A stretch of DNA of 64,000 nt from Nitrospinales bacterium. GTDB lineage: Bacteria; Nitrospinota; Nitrospinia; Nitrospinales; VA-1. How positions within the stretch are numbered: the stretch's first letter is position 1; every line of letters starts with the position of its first letter. Positions 8,683 to 18,531 of the stretch are shown here, piece by piece. A model generated the notes under the pieces. It searched no databases. It worked only from the letters and a program-made list of their open reading frames with translations, and had not been told where the DNA came from. Location: contig CBDCWG010000012.1 of NCBI GenBank assembly GCA_965223345.1, forward strand, positions 2,880,001 through 2,944,000, in the 5' to 3' direction. Position numbers and translations under genes: made by a program.

Positions 8683-9759
8683 ATGGCTGACCACGACCAA
8701 GAACAGGAACAGGACGGCAGATACCACAAGCGGATCGACGAGTTGATCGACGACGCCGAGATCGAGGCGGAAATCGAAGCGGAGAAGAAAATCCGTTCCA
8801 AGAACACCAAGCTTCTGACCATTTCGCTGGTCGCCGTCGCGTTGATCTTTTTCATCTACACCCAGGTGAAAAACGGCATGGAGTCCAAGACGGACGAAGT
8901 GGCGGAAACGCCGCTCTCCGAGTTGGCCAAAAAGCAGCTCGATCCTGAGGGCGAAACGCCGAAACCGGCGATGGACGCTGCGGATAAAGCCGCAAGCGCC
9001 CCCGCAGACGCGGAAGAGGACTCGCTGGAAGCCAAGATCAAGGCCATGCAGGAAGAGTTGATGAAAAACCCGTCGATGGAAAACCCCGCCATCGCCGAAG
9101 CGTTGAAACCCGAAAACGACACGCCGCCGCCGGCGATGAAGAAGCCGGAGCCGAAAAAAATGGCCGCCGCGGAAGCGCCCAAGAAACCGGCGGCCGCCGA
9201 GGTGAGCAAAAAAAGCGCTCCCAAGCAAAGCCCCAAACCGGCGGTGCAGAGTCCCCCGAAAAAGCCGGCCCCCAAAGCCCAGCCTCCGAAAAGCCGGTCG
9301 CGGCCCGGCAAGAAATATTTCGTGCAGACCGGCGTGTTTTCTGTGAAGCAGAATGCGGAAAACCTGTTCAAGAGCCTTAAAAATAAAGGCTTCAAACCCT
9401 CCATCCAGGTGAAGAACATCGATGCCGTGCGCCACATCGTTTTCGTCGGCGGGTTCGCCGATAAAGCGGACAGCCGGGCGCAGATGGAGGAATTGAAAGC
9501 CCAGGGGTTCCAGCCGGAGCCGGCGAAAAACAGCAACAATTCGCACACCCTGATTCTGGGCAAATTCAAGACCAACGAGCAGGCCGACAATCTGCGTGAC
9601 GAACTCAGCCTCAAGGGCTACCTGTCCAGCTCCAAGAAGGGATCGATCCGCACGGAAATCTACGTGGTGCAGCTCGGAGCCTTCGACAACATCGATCAGG
9701 CCCGCCAAACCAAAAAAGACATCGAAAAAGCGGGCTTCAAAAGCAGTTTCATCCGCTGA
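8683..9759 (+). CDS. SPOR-domain cell division/peptidoglycan-binding protein
   Basis: Single TM helix, Pro/Lys/Ala-rich linker, repeated SPOR motifs (YFVQTGVFSVKQNA, YVVQLGAFDNIDQA). Confidence 0.88.
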   Translation: MADHDQEQEQDGRYHKRIDELIDDAEIEAEIEAEKKIRSKNTKLLTISLVAVALIFFIYTQVKNGMESKTDEVAETPLSELAKKQLDPEGETPKPAMDAADKAASAPADAEEDSLEAKIKAMQEELMKNPSMENPAIAEALKPENDTPPPAMKKPEPKKMAAAEAPKKPAAAEVSKKSAPKQSPKPAVQSPPKKPAPKAQPPKSRSRPGKKYFVQTGVFSVKQNAENLFKSLKNKGFKPSIQVKNIDAVRHIVFVGGFADKADSRAQMEELKAQGFQPEPAKNSNNSHTLILGKFKTNEQADNLRDELSLKGYLSSSKKGSIRTEIYVVQLGAFDNIDQARQTKKDIEKAGFKSSFIR

Positions 9760-9916
9760 CCTGTAAGGAACCCCCCTCTTCCCCCGACCTCCTGGCAGGA
9801 CCCGCCCCACAAGGGGCCTGTGCCCGATTCCGGGATGAAAGGCGCATTGCATCGCGGTTTTTTTGTGGTACTTTAAAAAACTGCAACCATCTCATTTTTC
9901 CAGACAGGAGCCACCG

Positions 9917-10264
9917 ATGAAATTTCCAATCGCAACGATTTCCGCCATTCTGTTTTCCGTTCTGCTGATGTCCCCCGCTTTCGCCCACGAAGGAGCCAAA
10001 GACGCCGATTCCGGCCACGGCATGGGTAAAATGGAAGAAGGCAGCGGCGCCAAAGATCCCCACAAAAGCGGTGCCCACGCAGGTGAAGCTCACGGCGCAG
10101 CCATGAAAGGGGAAGGTTCCGGCATGAAGGAAGACTACGACGAATCGAAACACGGCATGAAAAAAGAGCACATGGGCATGGAAGAAGGCAGCGGCAGCAA
10201 GATGGACAAACCGACAAAAGCGTCTTCCGGAAAAATGAGTGAAGGCAGCGGCATGAAAAACTGA
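9917..10264 (+). CDS. Secreted low-complexity His/Met-rich protein with four EGSG repeats
   Basis: AGGAG RBS; signal peptide ending AFA; mature part contains KMEEGSG, MKGEGSGMK, GMEEGSGSK, KMSEGSGMK. Confidence 0.8.
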   Translation: MKFPIATISAILFSVLLMSPAFAHEGAKDADSGHGMGKMEEGSGAKDPHKSGAHAGEAHGAAMKGEGSGMKEDYDESKHGMKKEHMGMEEGSGSKMDKPTKASSGKMSEGSGMKN

Positions 10265-10312
10265 TCCGGCTTTCAGCTTTTCCCCTTTCTTCTCCGCTTG
10301 GTGTATAATTTC

Positions 10313-10339
10313 AGGCGCTCCGTCGGGAGCGCCTTTTTT
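10313..10339 (+). terminator. Rho-independent terminator
   Basis: AGGCGCTCC-GTCG-GGAGCGCCT followed by a T run. Confidence 0.7.
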
Positions 10340-10435
10340 CTTTCCTCAAACGAAGGCCGTGCACCCGTTCTGACTTTTTTCGTTCTATGCCGGTGAATCT
10401 CAAACCCACTCACAGCAGAATGCCCGGATTGCCCG

Positions 10436-11380
10436 ATGCTGCTTGATTTTCTCCTGGTGGCCGTCGGCTTGACCATGCTCTATTACGGCGGCGATTATCT
10501 CGTCACCGGCAGCATCCGTGTCTCGCAATGCCTGAAGATCAGCCCGTTCATCATCGGCGCGACGGTGGTCGGTTTCGGCACCTCATCGCCGGAGCTGGCG
10601 GTCTCCGTGTTCGCGAGCTTCAAGGGCGCGCCCGAGCTGGCGATGGGCAATGTGATCGGCAGCAACATCGCCAACGTCGGGCTGGTACTGGGTCTGACGG
10701 CCTTTCTCATCCCCCTCACGATCGGCCCCGCGCGGCTGAAGTCCGAAGCGCCGGCGTTTCTGATCGCCACGTTTTTGATCCTGGCGTTCGCCTGGGACCA
10801 TCACCTGAACCGGCTCGAAGGCGCCGTCCTGGTGATCCTGCTCATCGCCTACGTACTCATCTCGCTGCGAAAAAAAGATGAGATCCCGCAGGAGATCGGG
10901 GAGACGCAGGAAGGGCTGTTCGCCGGCCGCGGCCTTTCATGGCAGTTCCTGCTGATCGTCGGGGGGCTGGTGCTACTGGTGCTGGGGGCGGATTTTCTGG
11001 TGGACGGTGCGGTCGGCATCGCCAAGGCCCTGGGCATCAGCGAATGGTTCATCGGCGTTTCCATCGTCGCGGTGGGGACGAGCCTGCCGGAAATCGTCTC
11101 CTCCATCATCGCGGCGAAACGCGGTCACGGGGAGATGTCGATCGGCAACGTGTTCGGCAGCAACATCTTCAACATCCTCATGGTCCTCGGCGTCACCGCC
11201 TCGATGCAGCCTTTGCATCTCAACGAACCCATCCATGCGGACCTGCTGATCACCACCGGTCTTTCCTGCCTGCTGCTGCTTTTGATCCGCATCGAGCACG
11301 ACCTGTCTTCGCGCGACGGATTCATCCTGCTGGCCTGCTACTTCAGCTATATCGGGGTGAAGGCCGGGGGGTGGCTCTGA
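10436..11380 (+). CDS. Calcium/sodium antiporter (YrbG/CaCA family)
   Basis: Two alpha repeats: GTSSPELAVS...GNVIGSNIAN and GTSLPEIVSS...GNVFGSNIFN. Confidence 0.93.
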   Translation: MLLDFLLVAVGLTMLYYGGDYLVTGSIRVSQCLKISPFIIGATVVGFGTSSPELAVSVFASFKGAPELAMGNVIGSNIANVGLVLGLTAFLIPLTIGPARLKSEAPAFLIATFLILAFAWDHHLNRLEGAVLVILLIAYVLISLRKKDEIPQEIGETQEGLFAGRGLSWQFLLIVGGLVLLVLGADFLVDGAVGIAKALGISEWFIGVSIVAVGTSLPEIVSSIIAAKRGHGEMSIGNVFGSNIFNILMVLGVTASMQPLHLNEPIHADLLITTGLSCLLLLLIRIEHDLSSRDGFILLACYFSYIGVKAGGWL

Positions 11381-11427
11381 TTACGGGAAGGGATTCGATG
11401 CGACGCCAGGCGGAATGAGAGCGGGTT

Positions 11428-13503
11428 TCAACCCGGTTCGGTGGTCGCCGCTTCCGGTTGCGGTTCGGCTTCTTCCGGCGCTTCGGTGCTTTCCGCCTCA
11501 CTGCTGCTTTCCGGTTTGGGAACGGGTTTGCTGCCGGCGGCGGGTTTCACATTCTTGAAGCGCCAAAGCTGCTGCTTGTAATACGGCTCGTCGGGAACCA
11601 GCTTGATAGCCAGCTGGATCTGCTCCACCGCCTTGTCGGTGTTGCCCTTGGCGTAGTGCACCTCCGAAAGCGTGTCGATGTACTCGGGCTTGTTGGGGAA
11701 GGCTTTCAGCGTCGCCTCGGTCAGCTTGAGGCCTTTGTCGAGATTGATTTTTTTCTTGGCGTACAGCCAGGCCATGCGGTTCATGATCTCGTAGTTTTCG
11801 GGCGCGAGCTTGAGCGCTTTCTCGCAATGGCCGACAGCCACCGAAAAATAGCGTTTCTTGCTGTAGGCGTTGCACACCGCGAACACCACGTCCGCGTTGT
11901 CGGGGGCGATGCCCGCGGCTTTGAGAAAGATATTGAGGCCCTGGTTCAGCTTCTTGTTTTCGACCAGAGCGTTTCCGTATGCCATGAGGTAGGGCACATT
12001 CTTTTTCTCGAGCCGTGTGGCTTCGTGGAAAGCGTCCAGCGCCCCGTCCAGGTCCCCTTCCTTTTTCAGGACCCTGCCGAGGTAGTAATGCGCGTCGGCG
12101 CGCTTTTTGTCGAGGGCGACCGCTTTTTCGAGGGCCGGTTTGGCGCCTTTGAACTTCTTCATATCGACGAGACGCCGGCCGTACTCATACCAGTTGTCCG
12201 CATCCTCGGGATTGAGCTTCGCCGCCTTTTCAAAGGCAACGAGTGCTTCCTCTTCCTTGTTCAGCTTGGCGTACAGCGTCGCCAGCCGCCCCTGAACCTC
12301 GGGGTTTCTCGGCTCCAGGACCTGCGCGGCCTCGTAGTATTTGAGCGACTTGTCGAACGCTTCCTTTTCGAAATGCCAGTCGGCGATGCGGATCTGCGCC
12401 ATCGAATTTTCGGGAAACTGCTGCGCGGTTTTTTCGAATTCCCGCACCGCTTCTTTCTCCTGCCCGGTTTCCAGCAGGAGCTCGCCTAAAATGAGATGCA
12501 GACCGGCGTCTTCCTTTTTGATGCGGATGGCCTTGCGCAGCTGTTCGATGGCTTCGGTGTTTTTCTTCTGCTCGGCGTAGATTTCCCCCAAAGAGGCGTA
12601 GGCGTCGAAAAAGTTCGATTCCAGCTGCGAGGATTTCTTGATGTTCTCGATCGCCTTGTCGATCTCGCCCCGTTCCTTGTGCAAAAGACCGATGCCGTAG
12701 TAGGCGTTGTGGTTGGTCGGGTCGATTTCCAGCGCCGATTTGTAGGATTCGGCGGCTTGCTCGAACTGCCCTTTGGCCATGAGCGTCCGGCCGAGCTTGA
12801 CGTGGGTCCCGCTGTCGCCGGGGTTCAATTCGATGGAGCGCTGAAACTGATTGAGGGCGTCGTTGTAGCGTTTGCGGGTCAGGTACACATCGCCCAGGCC
12901 GGCGTAGGCGCGCGGGTCCATGCGCGAAACGTTGAGCGCTTTTTTGAACGTGTCTTCCGCTGCGGAGACGTCGCTTTCGGCGATCAGCTTGAACCCCTCG
13001 CTGATGAGGATGTCGGCTTCGCTGCGCGGCGTCCGGTTCTGATACACGAGCGCGCCGGCGACCGCCAGGCCCGCCACGACGGCGACGGCCTTGAGCTTCC
13101 ATTTGCGCGGCTGCACGGTGGTGTTTTCGGTCTCGACCTCGATCTCTTCGACGACTTCCGGCAGCGTTTCCTCGGGAATGTATTTTTTCGGCGGCTCGAC
13201 CAGTTTCGACTGGCCCTCGAACACCGATCCTTCGTCGATCACCAGCTGATGCGAGGCGATGTCGCCTTTCAGGCGGCTGCCGTTCATCAGGGTCACTTTG
13301 TTCTCGGCGTGGATGTTCCCCTTCACCGTGCCCATATTGGTCATGTTGTAGGAATCGATGTTGCCTTCGAACAGGCCGGTCTTCCCCACGATGAAATGGT
13401 CCGAAGCCAGCACCTCGCCCTCGAATTCCCCACCGAAATGAACGGTCCCCTTGACCCTGAGGGATCCCTTCAATTTCACGCCTTTTTCAAAATATGAGTC
13501 CAT
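11428..13503 (-). CDS. Bactofilin (polymer-forming cytoskeletal) domain - TM helix - long TPR array fusion
   Basis: N-terminal beta-helix pattern (LKGSLRVKGTVHFGGEFEGEV...GTVKGNIHAENKVTL...LKGDI...LVIDEGSVFEG), acidic linker, TM AVAVVAGLAVAGALVY, then more than ten TPR motifs. Confidence 0.87.
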   Translation of the reverse strand: MDSYFEKGVKLKGSLRVKGTVHFGGEFEGEVLASDHFIVGKTGLFEGNIDSYNMTNMGTVKGNIHAENKVTLMNGSRLKGDIASHQLVIDEGSVFEGQSKLVEPPKKYIPEETLPEVVEEIEVETENTTVQPRKWKLKAVAVVAGLAVAGALVYQNRTPRSEADILISEGFKLIAESDVSAAEDTFKKALNVSRMDPRAYAGLGDVYLTRKRYNDALNQFQRSIELNPGDSGTHVKLGRTLMAKGQFEQAAESYKSALEIDPTNHNAYYGIGLLHKERGEIDKAIENIKKSSQLESNFFDAYASLGEIYAEQKKNTEAIEQLRKAIRIKKEDAGLHLILGELLLETGQEKEAVREFEKTAQQFPENSMAQIRIADWHFEKEAFDKSLKYYEAAQVLEPRNPEVQGRLATLYAKLNKEEEALVAFEKAAKLNPEDADNWYEYGRRLVDMKKFKGAKPALEKAVALDKKRADAHYYLGRVLKKEGDLDGALDAFHEATRLEKKNVPYLMAYGNALVENKKLNQGLNIFLKAAGIAPDNADVVFAVCNAYSKKRYFSVAVGHCEKALKLAPENYEIMNRMAWLYAKKKINLDKGLKLTEATLKAFPNKPEYIDTLSEVHYAKGNTDKAVEQIQLAIKLVPDEPYYKQQLWRFKNVKPAAGSKPVPKPESSSEAESTEAPEEAEPQPEAATTEPG

Positions 13504-13805
13504 AAGGGGTTGCAACCCACTTTCGCACTGGTTAAAAAGCTATTGTTTTTTTTGGAGTTATTCTGTCAGGATAGCACACTCTCGGGTAAGTTACAATATC
13601 CGGATTACACGGAACGGGTTGCGTTTACGGGCGGAACCGGCGCCGGAGCCGCATTAGATTTACATCTGAATTTACCGGATGAATCCCGGCGGAGCCGGTT
13701 GATAATTGAAAAAATAATTGTTATTTTAGCCCCTTCGTTTTTCAGCAGGGGCTATTTTACCAATTCCAACCCAGATCGCAATTTCGAATTGCCGAAAGTT
13801 TCCAC

Positions 13806-14525
13806 GTGCGCAACGACAACCGGGCCAATGATGAACTGAGGGCCGTCAAAATCACAAAAAACTTCATCGATTACCCCGCCGGCTGCGTCCTGGTCCAGAT
13901 GGGCCGCACCCGTGTGGTCTGCGCCGCCAGTGTGGAGGAGAAAGTGCCTCCCTTCCTGCGCGACAAGAACTCCGGCTGGGTCACGGCGGAATACTCCATG
14001 ATTCCCAGCGCGACCCACACCCGCGGAACCCGCGAAGCGTCGAAGGGCAAACTCTCCGGCCGCACCCAGGAAATCCAGCGCCTGATCGGCCGTTCGCTGC
14101 GCACCGTGGTGGATCTGGAGCAGCTCGGCGAACGCACGATCTGGATCGACTGCGACGTGATCCAGGCGGACGGAGGCACCCGCTGCGCCTCGATCACCGG
14201 CTCTTTCATCGCCCTGGCGCTGGCGCTCAAGAAGCTGAAAAAGGACAAGGTCATCGACTCGGTGCCGATCCTCGATTTCGTCGCGGCGGTCAGCGTGGGC
14301 ATTGCCGGCGGCAACAACGTCCTGGATCTGGATTACAGCGAGGACTCCACGGCCAGCGTGGATCTCAACATAGTGAAAACCGGCTCCGGCGGTTTCGTCG
14401 AGATCCAGGGCACCGCCGAGAAGGAACCTTTCGACGACAAGCAAATGGCCGCCCTCCTTTCTCTGGCGGACAAAGGCATCAAAGAGTTGATAGAAATCCA
14501 GAAAAAAATAATCGGAAAATACTGA
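13806..14525 (+). CDS. rph: Ribonuclease PH
   Basis: [50 protein letters not shown]. Confidence 0.97.
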   Translation: MRNDNRANDELRAVKITKNFIDYPAGCVLVQMGRTRVVCAASVEEKVPPFLRDKNSGWVTAEYSMIPSATHTRGTREASKGKLSGRTQEIQRLIGRSLRTVVDLEQLGERTIWIDCDVIQADGGTRCASITGSFIALALALKKLKKDKVIDSVPILDFVAAVSVGIAGGNNVLDLDYSEDSTASVDLNIVKTGSGGFVEIQGTAEKEPFDDKQMAALLSLADKGIKELIEIQKKIIGKY

Positions 14526-14593
14526 ACCGCTCTCTCAAACCGAGAGGTGAGTTAAGGGAAACCTCCGATTCTAAAGCCGGGCTGCGTGCTGCC

Positions 14594-15247
14594 TCAACGC
14601 CGCCTGCCGACGCCGGTTTTCGGGCAGTCTTTCTCCACCGGGCACTGGCTGCACAGGGGCGAGAGGGGTTTGCAGACGTTCTGCCCGAAGGCGACCAGAA
14701 GATCGTTGTACTCCATCCAGTAGCGTTTGGGCAGGATTTCCCGCAACGCCGTCTCGGTGGCGTCGGCGGACGCGGTGCGGACGTAGCCCCAGCGGTTGGA
14801 GATGCGGTGGACATGGGTGTCCACGCAGATGCCCGGCTTGCCGTGCCCCAGGATCAGGGTCAGATTCGCAGTCTTGCGCCCCACGCCCTTGAGCGCGATC
14901 AGCCCTTCCAGCGTGTCGGGCACGCGGCCGCCGTGCTGCTCGATCAGGGTGCGGCTCAACGCTTTCAGGGTTTTGGCCTTGTTGCGGTAAAAGGCGGCGG
15001 GATAGATCGCCTTCTCGATCGTCTCGACCGGCAGAGCGCTCAGCGCTTCGGGATCGGCGGCCTGCGCGAACAGCCGCTGCGAAGCCTGCCCGGTGACCTC
15101 GTCGCGAGTGCGCAGGCTCAGCACGCAACTGATGAGTACGCGGAACGGATCCTGCCCGCGGCCGATCACCGTCACCACCGGGGTCTTCCAGGAAGCGGCG
15201 GCTATTTTGATTTTGCGGATCACACGCGCAAGCGTTCGGTTGTCCAC
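14594..15247 (-). CDS. nth: Endonuclease III (HhH-GPD glycosylase with 4Fe-4S cluster)
   Basis: LKGVGRKTAN HhH, VDTHVHRISNR, C-X6-C-X2-C-X5-C cluster motif. Confidence 0.93.
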   Translation of the reverse strand: MDNRTLARVIRKIKIAAASWKTPVVTVIGRGQDPFRVLISCVLSLRTRDEVTGQASQRLFAQAADPEALSALPVETIEKAIYPAAFYRNKAKTLKALSRTLIEQHGGRVPDTLEGLIALKGVGRKTANLTLILGHGKPGICVDTHVHRISNRWGYVRTASADATETALREILPKRYWMEYNDLLVAFGQNVCKPLSPLCSQCPVEKDCPKTGVGRRR

Positions 15248-15414
15248 GGGAGGGCGCCTCTGCGGTGCGGGTTGACCGGCTTCCCATACGTTTGTGAGAC
15301 AAAAAAGGGCGGCAAACCCTATGGCATTGGGGAAGGGTTTCTGCTAGTATAAATCCTTCATTTGGCTAAACTTATTGCTCCAGCGGCAATTTTTCCCCGC
15401 TCAAACACAATACC

Positions 15415-15906
15415 ATGCAGCACACTATCTCTGTACTCGTCGTCAACCGGTTCGGGGTTCTCTCGAGAATTTCAGGATTGTTCAGCGGCCGCGGTTTCAA
15501 CATCGAAAGCCTCAACGTGGCGGAAACCAACGATCCCAGCGTTTCCAGGATGACCATCGTCACGATCGGCGACAACAGCAAAATCGAACAGATCACCAAA
15601 CAGCTGAACAAACTCGTCGATGTTATCAAAGTGGTGGACTTGACGGAGGAAAAATTTGTCGATCGGGAATTGATCCTGGTGAAGATGAACGCCGAAGCCC
15701 GGGTGCGCGAGGAGGTGCTGCGCATCGTCGAGATTTTCCGGGCCAAGGTGGTGGACGTGAGCCCGCAGACCTACACGATCGAGATCACGGGCGACGAATC
15801 GAAGATCAAGGGATTTCTGGAATTGTTGCGGCCGCTGGGCATGAAGGAACTGGTCCGTTCGGGCCGGATCGCCATCAGCCGGGGCATGAAGTCGATCAGC
15901 CCCTGA
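15415..15906 (+). CDS. ilvN: Acetolactate synthase small (regulatory) subunit
   Basis: GVLSRISGLFSGRGFNIESLNV, EQITKQLNKLVDVIKV. Confidence 0.96.
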   Translation: MQHTISVLVVNRFGVLSRISGLFSGRGFNIESLNVAETNDPSVSRMTIVTIGDNSKIEQITKQLNKLVDVIKVVDLTEEKFVDRELILVKMNAEARVREEVLRIVEIFRAKVVDVSPQTYTIEITGDESKIKGFLELLRPLGMKELVRSGRIAISRGMKSISP

Positions 15907-15936
15907 GCGGCAAAGAAGCGGAAAGGAGAACGCATT

Positions 15937-16938
15937 TTGACCAAAATTTATTACGAAAAACAGGCGGACCTCAAACAGATCAAAAAGAAAACCGTCGCCA
16001 TCATCGGATACGGCAGCCAGGGTCACGCCCACGCGCGCAACCTGCACGACAGCGGCATCAAGGTCGTGGTCGGCCTGCGCAAAGGCAGCGATTTCTGGAA
16101 ACGCGCCCAGAAGGACGGCCTCAACGTCATGACGGTTCCGGAAGCCACGAAAGCGGCGGACATCCTGATGATCCTGATTCCGGACGACAAGCAGCGGGCG
16201 ATGTACGAGAAGGACATCGAGCCGAACCTGAAAAAAGGCATGGCGCTGGCCTGGGGACACGGTTTCAACATCCATTTCGGGCAGATCGTGCCGCCGCCGA
16301 CGGTGGACGTGTTCATGATCGCGCCCAAGGGACCGGGACATCTGGTGCGGCGGACGTTCGAGAACGGCGCAGGCGTTCCCTGCCTGATGGCCATTCACCA
16401 GGACGTCACGAAAAAGGCCAAGGACATCGCGCTGGCGTACGCCAAGGGCATCGGCGGAACGCGCGCCGGGGTCCTGGAAACCAGTTTCCAGGAGGAAACC
16501 GAAACCGACCTGTTCGGCGAACAGGCGGTGCTGTGCGGCGGCGTCACCGAGCTGATCCGCGCGGGTTTCGACACGCTGGTGGAAGCGGGCTACAACCCGG
16601 ACCTGGCTTATTTCGAATGCCTGCACGAGCTGAAACTGATCGTCGATCTGATCTACGAAGGCGGCATCGGCAACATGCGCTACTCGATCAGCACCACTGC
16701 AGCGTATGGGGATGTCACGCGCGGGCCGAGGATCATCACGGACAAGACCCGCAAGGAGATGAAGCGCATCCTGCAGGAGATCCAGAACGGCAGCTTCGCC
16801 AAGGAATTCATCACGGAAAACCAGGCCAACCGGCCTGTGTTCAACGCGCGTCTCAAGCAGGACGCCAACCACATGATCGAGGACGTGGGCGACAAGCTGC
16901 GCAAGATGATGCCTTTCGTCGGGGAAAAACTCAAATAG
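15937..16938 (+). CDS. ilvC: Ketol-acid reductoisomerase
   Basis: [55 protein letters not shown] start after AAGGAG. Confidence 0.97.
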   Translation: MTKIYYEKQADLKQIKKKTVAIIGYGSQGHAHARNLHDSGIKVVVGLRKGSDFWKRAQKDGLNVMTVPEATKAADILMILIPDDKQRAMYEKDIEPNLKKGMALAWGHGFNIHFGQIVPPPTVDVFMIAPKGPGHLVRRTFENGAGVPCLMAIHQDVTKKAKDIALAYAKGIGGTRAGVLETSFQEETETDLFGEQAVLCGGVTELIRAGFDTLVEAGYNPDLAYFECLHELKLIVDLIYEGGIGNMRYSISTTAAYGDVTRGPRIITDKTRKEMKRILQEIQNGSFAKEFITENQANRPVFNARLKQDANHMIEDVGDKLRKMMPFVGEKLK

Positions 16939-16956
16939 GATGCGTTTGCCCCTTCG

Positions 16957-17592
16957 ATGAGAATTCCTTTCGCAAAAGACGGCTTCCGTTTCCTGATCCC
17001 GCTCGGCCTGCTGACGGCGCTGTTTCTCTGGCTGTCCTGGCCCATCGCGGCGTTCATCGCCGGCGGTTTCTTCCTGTTCGTGCTGAATTTTTTCCGTGAT
17101 CCCGAACGCGCCATTCCTCCGGACGCCAACGCAGTGGTTTCCCCCGCCGACGGCAAGGTCGTGGAGATCGTCAGCGAGACGGACCCCGCCCTGAGCGCGC
17201 CCGCCACGCGGGTGAGCATCTTCCTCAACGTGTTCAACGTGCACGTGAACCGGGTCCCCATCGCGGGAACCATCGAGACGGTCCGCTACAACAAGGGCAA
17301 ATTCCTGGCGGCTTTCAACCACAAGGCGTCGCTCGACAACGAGCAGAACGCCATCGTGGTGAAGAACGGCCCGGTGCAGATCCTGGTCAAGCAGATCGCC
17401 GGCCTCATCGCCCGGCGCATCGTCTGCTGGGCCAAAGAGGGCGACGAATACCAGTGCGGCCAGCGTTTCGGCCTGATCCGCTTCGGCTCCCGGGTGGACA
17501 TCTTCGTGCCGGAGGGCACCCGGCTGGTGGTGAAAAACGGCGATATCGTCAAAGGCGGCAGCAGCGTGATCGGCTTTCTCAAGCAGGAGTGA
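16957..17592 (+). CDS. psd: Phosphatidylserine decarboxylase proenzyme
   Basis: FFRDPER, SPADGKV, VHVNRVP, IRFGSRVD self-cleavage motif. Confidence 0.95.
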   Translation: MRIPFAKDGFRFLIPLGLLTALFLWLSWPIAAFIAGGFFLFVLNFFRDPERAIPPDANAVVSPADGKVVEIVSETDPALSAPATRVSIFLNVFNVHVNRVPIAGTIETVRYNKGKFLAAFNHKASLDNEQNAIVVKNGPVQILVKQIAGLIARRIVCWAKEGDEYQCGQRFGLIRFGSRVDIFVPEGTRLVVKNGDIVKGGSSVIGFLKQE

Positions 17593-17645
17593 ATCGCTGG
17601 CATTTTTCATCGGGTCGGTTATACTGGTAGTTCAAGGAGCCAGCC

Positions 17646-18431
17646 ATGAACCGCTTGAACCTGAAGAGGAAACGATCGCGAAAGCTGCGCCGGGGGATCT
17701 ACATGCTCCCCAGCCTGTTCACCACCGGCAATGTGTTCTGCGGGTTTTACGCGTTCATTGCGGTTCTGAACGACGATTATTACCTCGCGGCCTGGGCGCT
17801 GGTCGTGGCGATGATCTTCGACGTCCTCGACGGCCGGGTGGCGCGGCTGACCAAGACCACTAGCGCGTTCGGGGTGCAGTACGATTCCCTGGCAGACATC
17901 ATCTCCTTCGGCATGGCGCCGGCCTTTCTGGTGTATGCGTGGGTGCTGAAACCGTTCGGGCGCCTGGGCTGGATGGCGGCGTTTCTGTTTCTGCTGTGCG
18001 GGGCGCTCAGGCTGGCGCGTTTCAACGTTACCAAACCCGACGTCAAGGGCGACCATTTCATCGGCCTGCCCATTCCCGCGGCGGCGGCGAGCCTGGCCTC
18101 CATCGTGATCGCCTTCGAGGACCTGTTCGCTTCGCGGCTCAACCCGATGGTCATGGTGGTGCTGGTTTACCTGCTGGCCTTCCTGATGGTCAGCAACATC
18201 AAGTACCCCTCGTTCAAGAAATTCCAGTTCAAGAAACGGGTGGCGTTCTCGCGATTCCTGTTCGTCATTCTGTTCATCTACGTTCTGGCCACCATCCCGC
18301 GGGTGGCGCTGTTCATTCTCAGTTTCAGCTACATCGTGATGGGCCCGGTGGGGTATTTCATCACCAACCGCAGGCAGGAGGCGGCGGAGCGGGACCCGGA
18401 AAAAATTTCCACCCCTCCGGCAAACTCCTGA
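17646..18431 (+). CDS. pssA: CDP-diacylglycerol--serine O-phosphatidyltransferase
   Basis: DVLDGRVARL...FGVQYDSLADIISFGMAP CDP-alcohol transferase motif; LRLARFN; adjacent to psd. Confidence 0.95.
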   Translation: MNRLNLKRKRSRKLRRGIYMLPSLFTTGNVFCGFYAFIAVLNDDYYLAAWALVVAMIFDVLDGRVARLTKTTSAFGVQYDSLADIISFGMAPAFLVYAWVLKPFGRLGWMAAFLFLLCGALRLARFNVTKPDVKGDHFIGLPIPAAAASLASIVIAFEDLFASRLNPMVMVVLVYLLAFLMVSNIKYPSFKKFQFKKRVAFSRFLFVILFIYVLATIPRVALFILSFSYIVMGPVGYFITNRRQEAAERDPEKISTPPANS

Positions 18432-18531
18432 TATAATATAAGTGATTGATTTTTCAGGCCCGAGAGGCATCCCGGGCCGGATTTCCGGCACCGCCCCCAA
18501 ACCGGCGCTCAGATAAAACAGAGGAAAACGC

